Shown piece after piece: positions 21,350-30,588 of a stretch of DNA of 64,000 bases. Each line of letters starts with the position of its first letter. Positions within the stretch are counted from its first letter, which is position 1. The DNA is taken from NCBI GenBank assembly GCA_964535515.1, contig CAZHTA010000002.1:684-64683 (forward strand), given 5' to 3'. The stretch is from an uncultured Gammaproteobacteria bacterium. GTDB taxonomy: Bacteria > Patescibacteriota > Patescibacteriia > Magasanikbacterales > GWA2-37-8. Under the pieces are notes generated by a model, which was not told the origin of the DNA, did no database searches, and was given only the letters and a program-made list of their open reading frames with translations. Both the position numbers and the translations under genes were made by a program.

Positions 21350-21568
21350 ATGACTCAAACTATTTTTAACATCGTTCAAATAATCTTAGCAGTTGTCCTG
21401 ATTCTAATCGTGCTATTACAACAAAAAGGCACTGGCTTAAGCGGCGTTTTTGGAGGTTCTTCTAATATATACAGCACCAAACGTGGGGTTGATAAAATTC
21501 TTCATTACTCTACGATTGTCGTTTCAATCGTCTTCTTTGCTCTTTCTTTGCTTCGTTTAGTTTTCTAA
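21350..21568 (+). CDS. secG: Preprotein translocase subunit SecG
   Basis: VLLQQKGTGLSGVFGG, two TMs; promoter TTGACA(21302)-17-TATCAT. Confidence 0.92.
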   Translation: MTQTIFNIVQIILAVVLILIVLLQQKGTGLSGVFGGSSNIYSTKRGVDKILHYSTIVVSIVFFALSLLRLVF

Positions 21569-21605
21569 AACTAACCCTAACTCTTAGGTTAAGCAACCTA
21601 CTCCC

Positions 21606-23564
21606 ATGAATTGGAAAGTACTTTTTTCACGCTTTAAAAAACCGGACCACACTGTCACCCGGAAAAATTTGGATAGTAAATTAATCAAAAGAATTAATTT
21701 ACGCCAATTACCTAAATTATCACAATTAAAATACGTGGGAAGTTTTTTAAGTACCGTAGAAAAAAAGGTAGTAATTGGCGGTTTAATTGTTTCCCTAGTC
21801 GGTTTACTCGGTTGGACAACAGTCTTTTTGTCACGCCACTATGAACGTGCGCCTAAAGTTGGCGGCGAATATATCGAGGGTCTTATTGGACAACCAAAAT
21901 ATATTAACCCAATCTTTTCTACTACTAATGATGTTGACGCTGACATTGTCGGATTAGTCTACGCTGGATTATTTAAATACAGTAAAGAAGGTACAATCGA
22001 ATCAGAACTAGCCGAAAGCTATGAACTGAGCAAAGATAAAAAAACCTATACCGTAAAATTAAAACCAAATTTAAAATGGCCTGATGGCCAACCAATTACC
22101 GGCCAAGATGTATCATATACTTTTGAAACTATCCAAAACCCAGAAGTAGGCAGCCCGCTATTTGCTGCCATGCAAGGAGTAAAAATTGAAACACCGGATG
22201 AACTAACAATTAGTTTTACTCTTAAAGAATCCTTTTCTCCTTTCTTGGGTGTATTAACTACCGGAATATTACCAAGTCATCTTTGGTCAGAAATTCCACC
22301 CGCTAGTATAAAACTAGCTAAACTAAATTCCCAACCCGTTGGCGCTGGTGTTTGGAAATTTTCTAAATTAATAAAAGACGAAGGAGGAAATATCCAAACT
22401 TTAACACTTGCTCCCAACGATCTGTATTACGGGCAACACCCATACCTAAAAATTATTACTTTCAAATTTTATAATAACTACACCGAAGCAATTAACGGCT
22501 TACGCGGACAAAACATTAATGGCATTGCCTTTGTTCCACAAAAATTAAAAGATAAAGTAGGAGGAAAAAATATTAACCTCTATGAATTTACTTTACCTCA
22601 ATACAGCGCAATGTTTTTTAACCAAAATCAATCTACTGAACTAAAAGATAAAGACTTACGTTTGGCTCTAAATTTAGCAATTGATAAAGAAAGAATCATC
22701 CGTGAAGCACTAGATGGTGCCGGGGTAACGATCGACTCTCCGATTTTACCAGGCATGCTTGGATATGACGCAACCATTAAAGATGCTGAATTTAATCCTG
22801 AGTTAGCAAACAAAACATTAGATAAAAAATGGACACGTATTCAACCGGAAGAATACTTTAGTATCAAACAAACAGTCGAATTAAAAAACTACCAAACTGA
22901 AATTGAAGAAGTAAAAAAGAACGCTAGTTCTACTCCTGAAATGGTTTCTTCTACCTTAGAAAAAATTACTAACGATGCAAAACGTACGGTACGCCAGACC
23001 ATGGATGCCGGACAATCATTCTACCGCAAAGATAGTAAAGGTAACATTCTGGCTCTAACCATTACCACTGCTGATACTCCAGAATATTTAAAAACCGCTC
23101 AAACAATTGCGACTTTCTGGCGAGCGTTAGGTATCCAAACCAATATTCAATCTCTTAGTGGATACCAACTAAACAAAGACATTGTCCGTGATCGCAATTA
23201 CCAAATCTTTTTGTATGGTGAAATTGTTGGTGCGGATCCTGACCCATATTCTTTCTGGCATTCTTCACAAGGAGATTACCCTGGCATGAATTTAGCAATG
23301 TTTTCTGATCGCAATGCTGATAAAGTTTTAGAAGAAGCCCGTACTACTTTCTCTAGCGCTGACCGAGTAAAATTGTATAAAAAATTCCAAGAAATAGTAA
23401 CGGCTGAGATCCCAGCAATATTTCTTTATACCCCCAAACATTTAATGGCTATTAGCCAAGATATCAAGGGAGCCAGAATAGAAAACCCTACAACCCCCGC
23501 TAATCGCTTCCAATATCTAAGCGAGTGGTACACTAAAACCACTTGGCGTTGGAAGAGCAACTAA
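21606..23564 (+). CDS. Family 5 (peptide/nickel) ABC substrate-binding protein, TM-anchored
   Basis: LAESYELSKDKKTYTVKL..W.DGQPIT..DV.YT, PVGAG, DPDPYSFWHS. Confidence 0.88.
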   Translation: MNWKVLFSRFKKPDHTVTRKNLDSKLIKRINLRQLPKLSQLKYVGSFLSTVEKKVVIGGLIVSLVGLLGWTTVFLSRHYERAPKVGGEYIEGLIGQPKYINPIFSTTNDVDADIVGLVYAGLFKYSKEGTIESELAESYELSKDKKTYTVKLKPNLKWPDGQPITGQDVSYTFETIQNPEVGSPLFAAMQGVKIETPDELTISFTLKESFSPFLGVLTTGILPSHLWSEIPPASIKLAKLNSQPVGAGVWKFSKLIKDEGGNIQTLTLAPNDLYYGQHPYLKIITFKFYNNYTEAINGLRGQNINGIAFVPQKLKDKVGGKNINLYEFTLPQYSAMFFNQNQSTELKDKDLRLALNLAIDKERIIREALDGAGVTIDSPILPGMLGYDATIKDAEFNPELANKTLDKKWTRIQPEEYFSIKQTVELKNYQTEIEEVKKNASSTPEMVSSTLEKITNDAKRTVRQTMDAGQSFYRKDSKGNILALTITTADTPEYLKTAQTIATFWRALGIQTNIQSLSGYQLNKDIVRDRNYQIFLYGEIVGADPDPYSFWHSSQGDYPGMNLAMFSDRNADKVLEEARTTFSSADRVKLYKKFQEIVTAEIPAIFLYTPKHLMAISQDIKGARIENPTTPANRFQYLSEWYTKTTWRWKSN

Positions 23565-23589
23565 AGCAATTTAAGTTTTAAAAAATCTC

Positions 23590-23674
23590 GGGCAAGTGGC
23601 GGAATTGGTATACGCGTACGTCTCAGAAGCGTATGGGGAAACCCACAGGAGTTCGACTCTCCTCTTGCCCACCA
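23590..23674 (+). tRNA. tRNA-Leu (CAG)
   Basis: GGGCAAG/CTTGCCC acceptor, loop CTCAGAA, long variable arm, encoded CCA. Confidence 0.93.
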
Positions 23675-23746
23675 AATTTATCTCTCGACCAGTCGAGATG
23701 AGAGAAAAATCTTCTTTTATTTATTTTATTTAATTCATAAAAAATT

Positions 23747-25528
23747 ATGATTACAACTAACACGCAACGTGAACCGAAAAAAACTTTCGGAACACGTCAA
23801 AATACTCGCGCCCCGCAAAGGCGCACTAACTATCAACCCTCTTTTTCTCGTTTCCGAAACGATGACACCAAATTAAAAGTTATGGTCGTCGGCGGATTAG
23901 AAGAAGTTGGGCGTAACTGTACCTTCTTGGAATACAATAATGACATTATCATTATTGACATGGGATTACAATTCCCAGAAGAAGACATGCCTGGTATTGA
24001 TTACATCATCCCTAACATGGGATACCTAAAAGGCAAAGAAAAAAATATCCGTGGCGTAATTATCACCCATGCTCATTACGACCACATCGGTGGTATCCCC
24101 CATCTTATCCCAATGCTTGGCTATCCTCCGATCTATGGCTTACCATTAACTAACGCCATCATCAAAAAAAGACAAGAGGACTACAAAGGATTAAAGCCGC
24201 TTAACATTCACAATCTAAAAATTGAAGACAAACTAAGGCTCGGTAGTTTTGAAGTAGAATTTTTCCACTTAAACCACAACATTCCCGATACTATGGGTGT
24301 GGTAATTAATACTCCAGAAGGAACAGTGGTCCATACGGGTGACTGGAAATTCGACTATCAACCTGTCGCTGGTGATCAACCCGCTGACTTACAAAGAATC
24401 GCCCAAATCGGTGCTAAAGGAGTAATGGCCCTTTTGACTGACTCAACTAATGCTTCCCAGCCTGGCCATCAAATGTCTGAATCAGAAATCGGAACAAACT
24501 TAGATGACATTATCGCCAAAGCTCCTGGCCGATTGATTATTGGCACCTTTGCTTCTCTGCTCTCGCGTATTAAACAAATTGTTGATATTGCAGAAAAAAC
24601 TGGCAAAGTTGTGGCGCTCGACGGTTACTCAATGAAAAACAACGTTGAAATTGCTAAAGAATTGGGATACATGAAATTTCATCCCAAAACTTTTGTTGAC
24701 TTAACCAAAGTGAAAGATTATCCCGACGACAAAGTCATCATCATCTGTACAGGTGCCCAAGGAGAAAAAACTGCTTCTTTGATGCGTATCGCTAATGGCG
24801 AACATCGCATAATTAACTTAAGCAAAGGTGACACAGTCGTATTCTCTTCTTCTGTTATCCCAGGTAACGAACGCACAGTACAACGTTTAAAAGACACGCT
24901 GTTTAGAAAAGGTGCCAATGTTATCCATTATCAAATGATGGACGTTCATGCTGGTGGCCACGCCAAAGCAGATGACGTTAAATTAATGATCCGTCTTTTG
25001 AATCCAAAATATTTTGTACCAATCGAAGGCAACCACTTCTTGCTACATTACAACGCACGTGTTGCTGAATCAATTGGCTTTGATAAAGAAAAGATTTTTA
25101 TCGCTGACAATGGACAGGTAATGGAATTCAAAGCCGGTGTTGGAAAACTAACCAAAGAAAAAATTCCCGCTGACTATGTATTCGTTGACGGCTTAGGCGT
25201 GTCCGATGAAACCAACGTGGTTTTGCGCGATCGCCAAGTTTTAGCCGAAGATGGAATGGTTGTGGTAATTGTTACGGTTGATTCTAAAACTGGAAAATTA
25301 ATCCAAAACCCTGACATCATTTCCCGTGGTTTTGTCTTCCTAAAAGAGCACAAAGAACTAATCGAAGACTTACGTCACCGTGTCAAAAAAACCGTTGTCG
25401 ATTCTGACCCACTATCTTGGGCAGACACCAACAATATCCGCAACAAAATCCGTGACTATGTTGGCCAATTCCTGTTTACCAAGACAGAAAAAAGACCAAT
25501 GATTTTACCAGTGGTGATTGAAGTGTAA
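23747..25528 (+). CDS. rnj: Ribonuclease J
   Basis: GGLEEVGRN, THAHYDHIGG, HTGDWK, HAGGH, RPMILPVVIEV. Confidence 0.95.
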   Translation: MITTNTQREPKKTFGTRQNTRAPQRRTNYQPSFSRFRNDDTKLKVMVVGGLEEVGRNCTFLEYNNDIIIIDMGLQFPEEDMPGIDYIIPNMGYLKGKEKNIRGVIITHAHYDHIGGIPHLIPMLGYPPIYGLPLTNAIIKKRQEDYKGLKPLNIHNLKIEDKLRLGSFEVEFFHLNHNIPDTMGVVINTPEGTVVHTGDWKFDYQPVAGDQPADLQRIAQIGAKGVMALLTDSTNASQPGHQMSESEIGTNLDDIIAKAPGRLIIGTFASLLSRIKQIVDIAEKTGKVVALDGYSMKNNVEIAKELGYMKFHPKTFVDLTKVKDYPDDKVIIICTGAQGEKTASLMRIANGEHRIINLSKGDTVVFSSSVIPGNERTVQRLKDTLFRKGANVIHYQMMDVHAGGHAKADDVKLMIRLLNPKYFVPIEGNHFLLHYNARVAESIGFDKEKIFIADNGQVMEFKAGVGKLTKEKIPADYVFVDGLGVSDETNVVLRDRQVLAEDGMVVVIVTVDSKTGKLIQNPDIISRGFVFLKEHKELIEDLRHRVKKTVVDSDPLSWADTNNIRNKIRDYVGQFLFTKTEKRPMILPVVIEV

Positions 25529-25573
25529 AAAACAAAATTTGACAAAAAACTACCCTTACGGTAAATTAAAGAT

Positions 25574-25633
25574 ATGAACAAAATCCACTTACAATTAAAC
25601 GCTTGGTGGACTGCTCCTAACTGCGGGCAGTGA
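25574..25633 (+). CDS. trpL: trp leader peptide MNKIHLQLNAWWTAPNCGQ
   Basis: Tandem TGG codons 25604-25609; promoter TTGACA(25539)-17-TAAATT. Confidence 0.85.
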   Translation: MNKIHLQLNAWWTAPNCGQ

Positions 25634-25688
25634 TTTTGATTTTTTAATTTACTTTCACTAACTGCCCGCTGTGGGCAGTTTTTGTTTA
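25610..25688 (+). promoter_or_regulatory. Trp transcription attenuator
   Basis: GCGGGCAGT (25623-31) can pair with ACTGCTC (25610-16) or ACTGCCCGC (25661-69); terminator AACTGCCC-GCTGT-GGGCAGTT plus T-run. Confidence 0.85.
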
Positions 25689-25794
25689 TCTAAAAATTCT
25701 ATGAAATCACTCTATCACAATTACTCACGATTTAGCTGGCAAAAGATTAATACCGGGTGACTTTTATATTATTCAATATTCTAATTTTAAACAT

Positions 25795-27003
25795 ATGAAC
25801 TCACAAACAATTAACTACAAAACACTACCTAACACCGAAGGATACTTCGGTGAATATGGCGGACAATTAGTTCCGCCCCAACTCAAACCCGCTTTAGATG
25901 AAGTGGCGAAAGCCTACGAAGAAGCAAAAAATGATCCAACCTTCCAAAAAGAATATGAAGATCTCTTAAAGAATTATGTTGGCCGGCCGTCACCTCTCTA
26001 CTTCGCCAAAAACCTAACAGCCAAACTTGGTGGAGCCAAAATATATCTAAAACGTGAAGACCTAAATCACACGGGCGCACACAAAATAAACCACACATTA
26101 GGTGAGGCACTTCTCGCTAAACGTATGGGTAAGAAAAAACTCTTAGCGGAAACTGGTGCTGGACAACATGGTGTAGCACTAGCAACTGCCGCAGCAATAG
26201 TTGGACTAGAATGTGAAATACACATGGGCGCAATCGACGTAGCTAAACAACATCCTAATGTTATAAGGATGAAGCTGCTCGGAGCAACAGTAGTAGAAGT
26301 AACTACTGGCGGACGTTGTTTAAAAGATGCTGTAGACAGTGCCTTTGGCGTATACATGCAAGACTACAAAAACGTCTTCTTCGCAATTGGCTCGGTGGTT
26401 GGTCCTCATCCCTACCCTCAAATGGTACGCGATTTCCAATCAATCGTTGGCAAAGAAGCCAAGGAACAAATATTGGAACTAGAAAAACGTTTACCTGATT
26501 ATCTCATCGCTTGCGTTGGTGGCGGTTCTAACGCTATCGGACTATTTAATGAATTCCTAAACGACGAACAGGTAAAAATGATTGGTGTTGAACCAGCAGG
26601 AAAAAGTTTCAAACCTGGTGAACACGCCGCCACACTCACTTTAGGCACACCTGGCGCTATCCACGGAATGATGACTTATCTTTTACAAGACGACAAAGGC
26701 GAACCACTACCCGTACACTCAATTGCTTCCGGCCTTGACTACCCTGGTGTTGGCCCAGAACATTCTTATCTCAAAGATACGGGCAGAGTTGAATATACCA
26801 ATGCGAACGATGAAGACGCACTAAAAGCATTTTTGGAACTTTCAAAAGTTGAAGGTATTATCCCAGCACTAGAAAGTTCACATGCTATCGCCCAAGCGAT
26901 AAAATTTGCACCCACACTAGATAAAGACAAAATAATTATTGTTAACCTATCTGGTCGAGGCGACAAAGATGTCGATTACGTGGCGGAAAAATTAGGTATG
27001 TAA
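25795..27003 (+). CDS. trpB: Tryptophan synthase beta chain (stand-alone)
   Basis: [51 protein letters not shown]. Confidence 0.97.
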   Translation: MNSQTINYKTLPNTEGYFGEYGGQLVPPQLKPALDEVAKAYEEAKNDPTFQKEYEDLLKNYVGRPSPLYFAKNLTAKLGGAKIYLKREDLNHTGAHKINHTLGEALLAKRMGKKKLLAETGAGQHGVALATAAAIVGLECEIHMGAIDVAKQHPNVIRMKLLGATVVEVTTGGRCLKDAVDSAFGVYMQDYKNVFFAIGSVVGPHPYPQMVRDFQSIVGKEAKEQILELEKRLPDYLIACVGGGSNAIGLFNEFLNDEQVKMIGVEPAGKSFKPGEHAATLTLGTPGAIHGMMTYLLQDDKGEPLPVHSIASGLDYPGVGPEHSYLKDTGRVEYTNANDEDALKAFLELSKVEGIIPALESSHAIAQAIKFAPTLDKDKIIIVNLSGRGDKDVDYVAEKLGM

Positions 27004-27010
27004 TATAAAC

Positions 27011-27044
27011 AAAAATACCTCCGAAAAAAACTCGGAGGTATTTT
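27011..27044. terminator. Bidirectional terminator after trpB
   Basis: aaaatacctccg...cggaggtatttt. Confidence 0.75.
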
Positions 27045-27162
27045 ATTTCTTGTTCCAAGACCTCCACAACAGTAAAAATTTTACTGCTCTGGAGGTTCGG
27101 TCTTGAAACAGGTGTAGTGCCTGAGAAAGGCGGCGTGCGAATGCACAACCGAACCGACGGGA

Positions 27163-27504
27163 CTAGCCCTCAGAGAAGACCACATCATACTCATCCACGT
27201 CACGATCAGGGATGTCGAAGAAGGCGATGGTCTCCGAGAACAGCCGCTTCAAGGTGAAACGGTCGCTGGACAAGACCGGCTCCCAGTTCAACAGCGAAAA
27301 AGTGGTCGTCCTCCTGAACCGATAATCGCTGTCATGATGCCAACGCAGAGTCAGGCCCGCCGGATCAAACCCTGACCCACCCTCCACTCGACCGCTGCTT
27401 ATCGTCCCATCGGAGCGATACCCAACGATCCTGGCACGAAGCGCGAGATCATCTTCGTGCTCTTCGCAAAACCTGCGCACTTCCCCCCAAGTGGACATCT
27501 CCAT
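27163..27504 (-). CDS. Hypothetical protein, 113 aa, GC-rich island gene
   Basis: Only ORF in a GC-rich patch; G-rich SD-like site; 3' hairpin ~27055-27106. Confidence 0.55.
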   Translation of the reverse strand: MEMSTWGEVRRFCEEHEDDLALRARIVGYRSDGTISSGRVEGGSGFDPAGLTLRWHHDSDYRFRRTTTFSLLNWEPVLSSDRFTLKRLFSETIAFFDIPDRDVDEYDVVFSEG

Positions 27505-27641
27505 GCCCCCTTCTACGGTTGCATTAACAATTCCACCCTAACAAAAAAATGGGGGGGGGGTGTCAACTACCCATACCACCCTCTTTGCTCTTATTCCTTT
27601 TCTTCTGTATAATATTGATAGTTAAGTTAATTTAAAAAAAT

Positions 27642-28676
27642 ATGCCCAAAACAAAAAAATTACACGTCGTCTTCTATGGCATCTGGCCAGAGATGAAAGA
27701 ATATATCCGTTCTCATATGAGCGGCTTTGGTTGCTCAATTTTAGAAGAAAAAGATATTACGGAAAAAAATATTAAAAAAGACACTGACGTATTAGTGGTA
27801 TTTGTTGAATCCCCAGTCACCAAAAAAACCATTGCCCAAATGCCTAACTTAAAAATGATCGCCACCATGAGTACTGGTTATGACCACATCGACACCAAAG
27901 CTGCCAAAGCAAAAAAAATCCCAGTATGCACTGTCCCTTTCTATGGCGAAAATACCGTCGCCGAACATGCTCTCGCTTTAATACTAGGATTAACACGTAA
28001 ACTCTTTCAGTCAGTTAAAAGAGTAAAAGAAGGTGTATATGATTATCATGGTCTACGCGGAGTTGATTTAAAAGGAAAAACTTTAGGTGTAATCGGTACC
28101 GGCCGCATTGGCATTCATTTGATTCGCATGGCTAAAGGGTTAGAAATGAATGTGATCGGTTACGATCCATACCCAAACAAAGATGTGGCCGAAGAGATGG
28201 GCTTTACTTATACTACCTTAGATAAACTTCTCGCCACCTCTGATGTAATTAGTTTACATGTTCCTCTTTTCCCTGAGACATATCACATGATAAACAAAAA
28301 AAATATTAAGAAAGTCAAAAAAGGCGCTTACATTATCAACACTGCACGCGGTGGTTTAATTGACCCAGAAGCATTAGTCTGGGCTTTACAAAAAGAACAA
28401 ATTTCCGGTGCTGGCCTAGATGTTTTAGAAGACGAAGGATTTGTCCAAGAGGAAGACAAGTTCCTCTCTGGTGGGTGCACTGAGTGTCAGATCAAAACTA
28501 ATTTGATGAACAACATAATCATTGATCATCCTAATACGATCGTAACTCCTCACAACGCATTCAATAGTACTGAGGCTTTACAAAGAATAATCGATACGAC
28601 TATTGAGAACATCCGTTCATTTGCTAAAGGCGAAATAAAAAACGACGCCACCGCACCTAAGCCAAAGAAAAAATAG
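27642..28676 (+). CDS. D-isomer-specific 2-hydroxyacid (D-lactate) dehydrogenase
   Basis: STGYDHID, VAEHA, GTGRIG, INTARG, LDV.E.E, TPHNAF. Confidence 0.92.
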   Translation: MPKTKKLHVVFYGIWPEMKEYIRSHMSGFGCSILEEKDITEKNIKKDTDVLVVFVESPVTKKTIAQMPNLKMIATMSTGYDHIDTKAAKAKKIPVCTVPFYGENTVAEHALALILGLTRKLFQSVKRVKEGVYDYHGLRGVDLKGKTLGVIGTGRIGIHLIRMAKGLEMNVIGYDPYPNKDVAEEMGFTYTTLDKLLATSDVISLHVPLFPETYHMINKKNIKKVKKGAYIINTARGGLIDPEALVWALQKEQISGAGLDVLEDEGFVQEEDKFLSGGCTECQIKTNLMNNIIIDHPNTIVTPHNAFNSTEALQRIIDTTIENIRSFAKGEIKNDATAPKPKKK

Positions 28677-28762
28677 ACAGAAAAACACAAAAAATCCCCA
28701 TAAAATATGGGGATTTTTGATATCCAACCTTGACAAGCACTAAATTTTATGATACTCTAAAT

Positions 28763-29232
28763 TTGTTCATTATTGGTAATCGCCCCAACCTAGTTGGGAG
28801 AGGAAAGTCCGAACATCTTCCAATGCAAATTGGAAAAAAGGATAGTGGGTAACACCCACCCCCCGATCCGCAAGGTACCGGGGCGGGAAAGCGGCACAGA
28901 GACTATACTATCCCGGCTTACCCGGGAGAAAGGTGAAAAGCGCATGGGGGTTTTGGTTCTAGATCAAAGCTACTATGCCCCATCCACAGCAATGTGGAAT
29001 GGTGCCAAGCCCTATCTGATGCAAGAGCAGCCTTGTGACTGGAATACCTAGTCGCTTGGAAAAGTTCGCTCGCAATGATTCTGATGGTAACATCAGGACT
29101 AGATAAATGATTACCTCCTGTTAAAAAGACTTAGGCCAAAATATACTGAAAAATCCAATACGCGGAAAGTATCAGTGTAATATGGTTCGGTCTTACAACA
29201 GAAGACAAAATTCGGCTTATAATAATGAACAA
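28763..29232 (+). ncRNA. rnpB: RNase P RNA
   Basis: GAGGAAAGTCCG and ACAAAATTCGGCTTA universal regions; P1 TTGTTCATTATT/AATAATGAACAA; promoter TTGACA(28730)-17-TACTCT; terminator 29234-29260. Confidence 0.93.
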
Positions 29233-29245
29233 CAAAAATCCCGAT

Positions 29246-29557
29246 TTATTCGGGATTTTTGTTTAACATACTTTTTATCCTTTCTCCTTCTCTCTCCACC
29301 ACATCACCGTCTTTTTCTCCCGCATGTGCTTTTACCCCGGCATAGACTGGAGCGCGCTGATCTAAATGCAAATCAAACGACCAATTTTCTCCTTTGTCTT
29401 CAATGTATACATGAAACCTAGGATACAACATCGTTCGATCGGGGTGGCGCGTGTAACTCTTACCCCCACCATGGCGATCTACTTTTAAACCATAGCCACA
29501 ACGACGAATATATTGCTCAGAATCAGGTACCTGACTTTTTGGTAATAATATTTTCAT
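29246..29557 (-). CDS. Hypothetical protein, 103 aa
   Basis: ORF co-oriented with upstream genes; YPRFHVY, LHLDQ motifs. Confidence 0.7.
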   Translation of the reverse strand: MKILLPKSQVPDSEQYIRRCGYGLKVDRHGGGKSYTRHPDRTMLYPRFHVYIEDKGENWSFDLHLDQRAPVYAGVKAHAGEKDGDVVEREGERIKSMLNKNPE

Positions 29558-29559
29558 AT

Positions 29560-30588
29560 TTATATTTTTTTAATAATCCCCTTATTCGCATCTACTTCTA
29601 TTAAGTCACCATCTTTAAAAACTTCCGTCGCGATTTTTACATCAATTATACATGGAATCTTCAGCTCCCGTGCAATAATGGACGCATGACACACAATACC
29701 ACCCTCGTCAGTAATGATCGCTGCTGCTAACTTTAGCGCTGACATTAAATCAAAATTCGTCATGGGCGCCACAACAATATCACCCTTCTTTACTTTCTTA
29801 ATATCATTAACTGACTTTACTATCTTAACTCTACCTATTACTTTTCCTTTACTTGACACCCGGCCTTTAAAAACTTTCTGTCCTTTTTTTATGACCACCT
29901 TATCTAAAACAATTTTGTTATCAATTTTCTTCACACAACTTTCTAAACTCCCCAAACAAATATTCCCGTTAGAAGTAACAACAAAACCACGCCACCTTTT
30001 CTTTAACTCGGGCAACGGCGGAATCTTGCCAAACACTTCGTCCTTCCTTACACAAACGACATACTTTTTTAAAGCTGGTTTAAAACGTAGCAACCCATCG
30101 ATAATCTTCTTGTTGTTGTCAACAAAGTAAGTGTCCTTATCTCTTAGCTGCTTAGCTATAATTCGCGCCCAACCAGGAATCGCACGTTGTTCCACGGCCA
30201 AATAATACATTATCGGATAACTAGCCATATAACACTCAACCGCCTCGACGTAGCTCTTAAATTCTGTCCAAGAATTAAACTCCCACGCCTTTAATTTCTT
30301 AGCCCCTACGCGACATTGTTTAAGAATTTCCTTAATTTTATCGGGTTCTTTTTTACACATTACAACTATTTTTTTCTTTATCAATTTAATCATCTCCTCA
30401 TTCTCCCAAATCTCTACAGCACCATCATGTAGATAATCTAAACAAATCAAAGGTGATGAAAAAACAGCGCTAGAAGGCTTGAGAGATATCCGATCTAGTG
30501 TTTTTAACCACGTCTCTTGAATGATAAGAGAACTATCGCGAGTATAGTTTTTTGTTAACAATATATTTTTCTCAAGCTTCTTTTTCAT
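29560..30588 (-). CDS. Protein with C-terminal PEP-utilising (phospho-His swivel) domain
   Basis: GDIVVAPMT, TDEGGIVCHASIIARELKIPC. Confidence 0.85.
   Translation of the reverse strand: MKKKLEKNILLTKNYTRDSSLIIQETWLKTLDRISLKPSSAVFSSPLICLDYLHDGAVEIWENEEMIKLIKKKIVVMCKKEPDKIKEILKQCRVGAKKLKAWEFNSWTEFKSYVEAVECYMASYPIMYYLAVEQRAIPGWARIIAKQLRDKDTYFVDNNKKIIDGLLRFKPALKKYVVCVRKDEVFGKIPPLPELKKRWRGFVVTSNGNICLGSLESCVKKIDNKIVLDKVVIKKGQKVFKGRVSSKGKVIGRVKIVKSVNDIKKVKKGDIVVAPMTNFDLMSALKLAAAIITDEGGIVCHASIIARELKIPCIIDVKIATEVFKDGDLIEVDANKGIIKKI

Noticed and set aside
28794-29421. 85-aa and 79-aa + strand ORFs
   Set aside because: Overlap RNase P RNA, its terminator and an opposite-strand gene.
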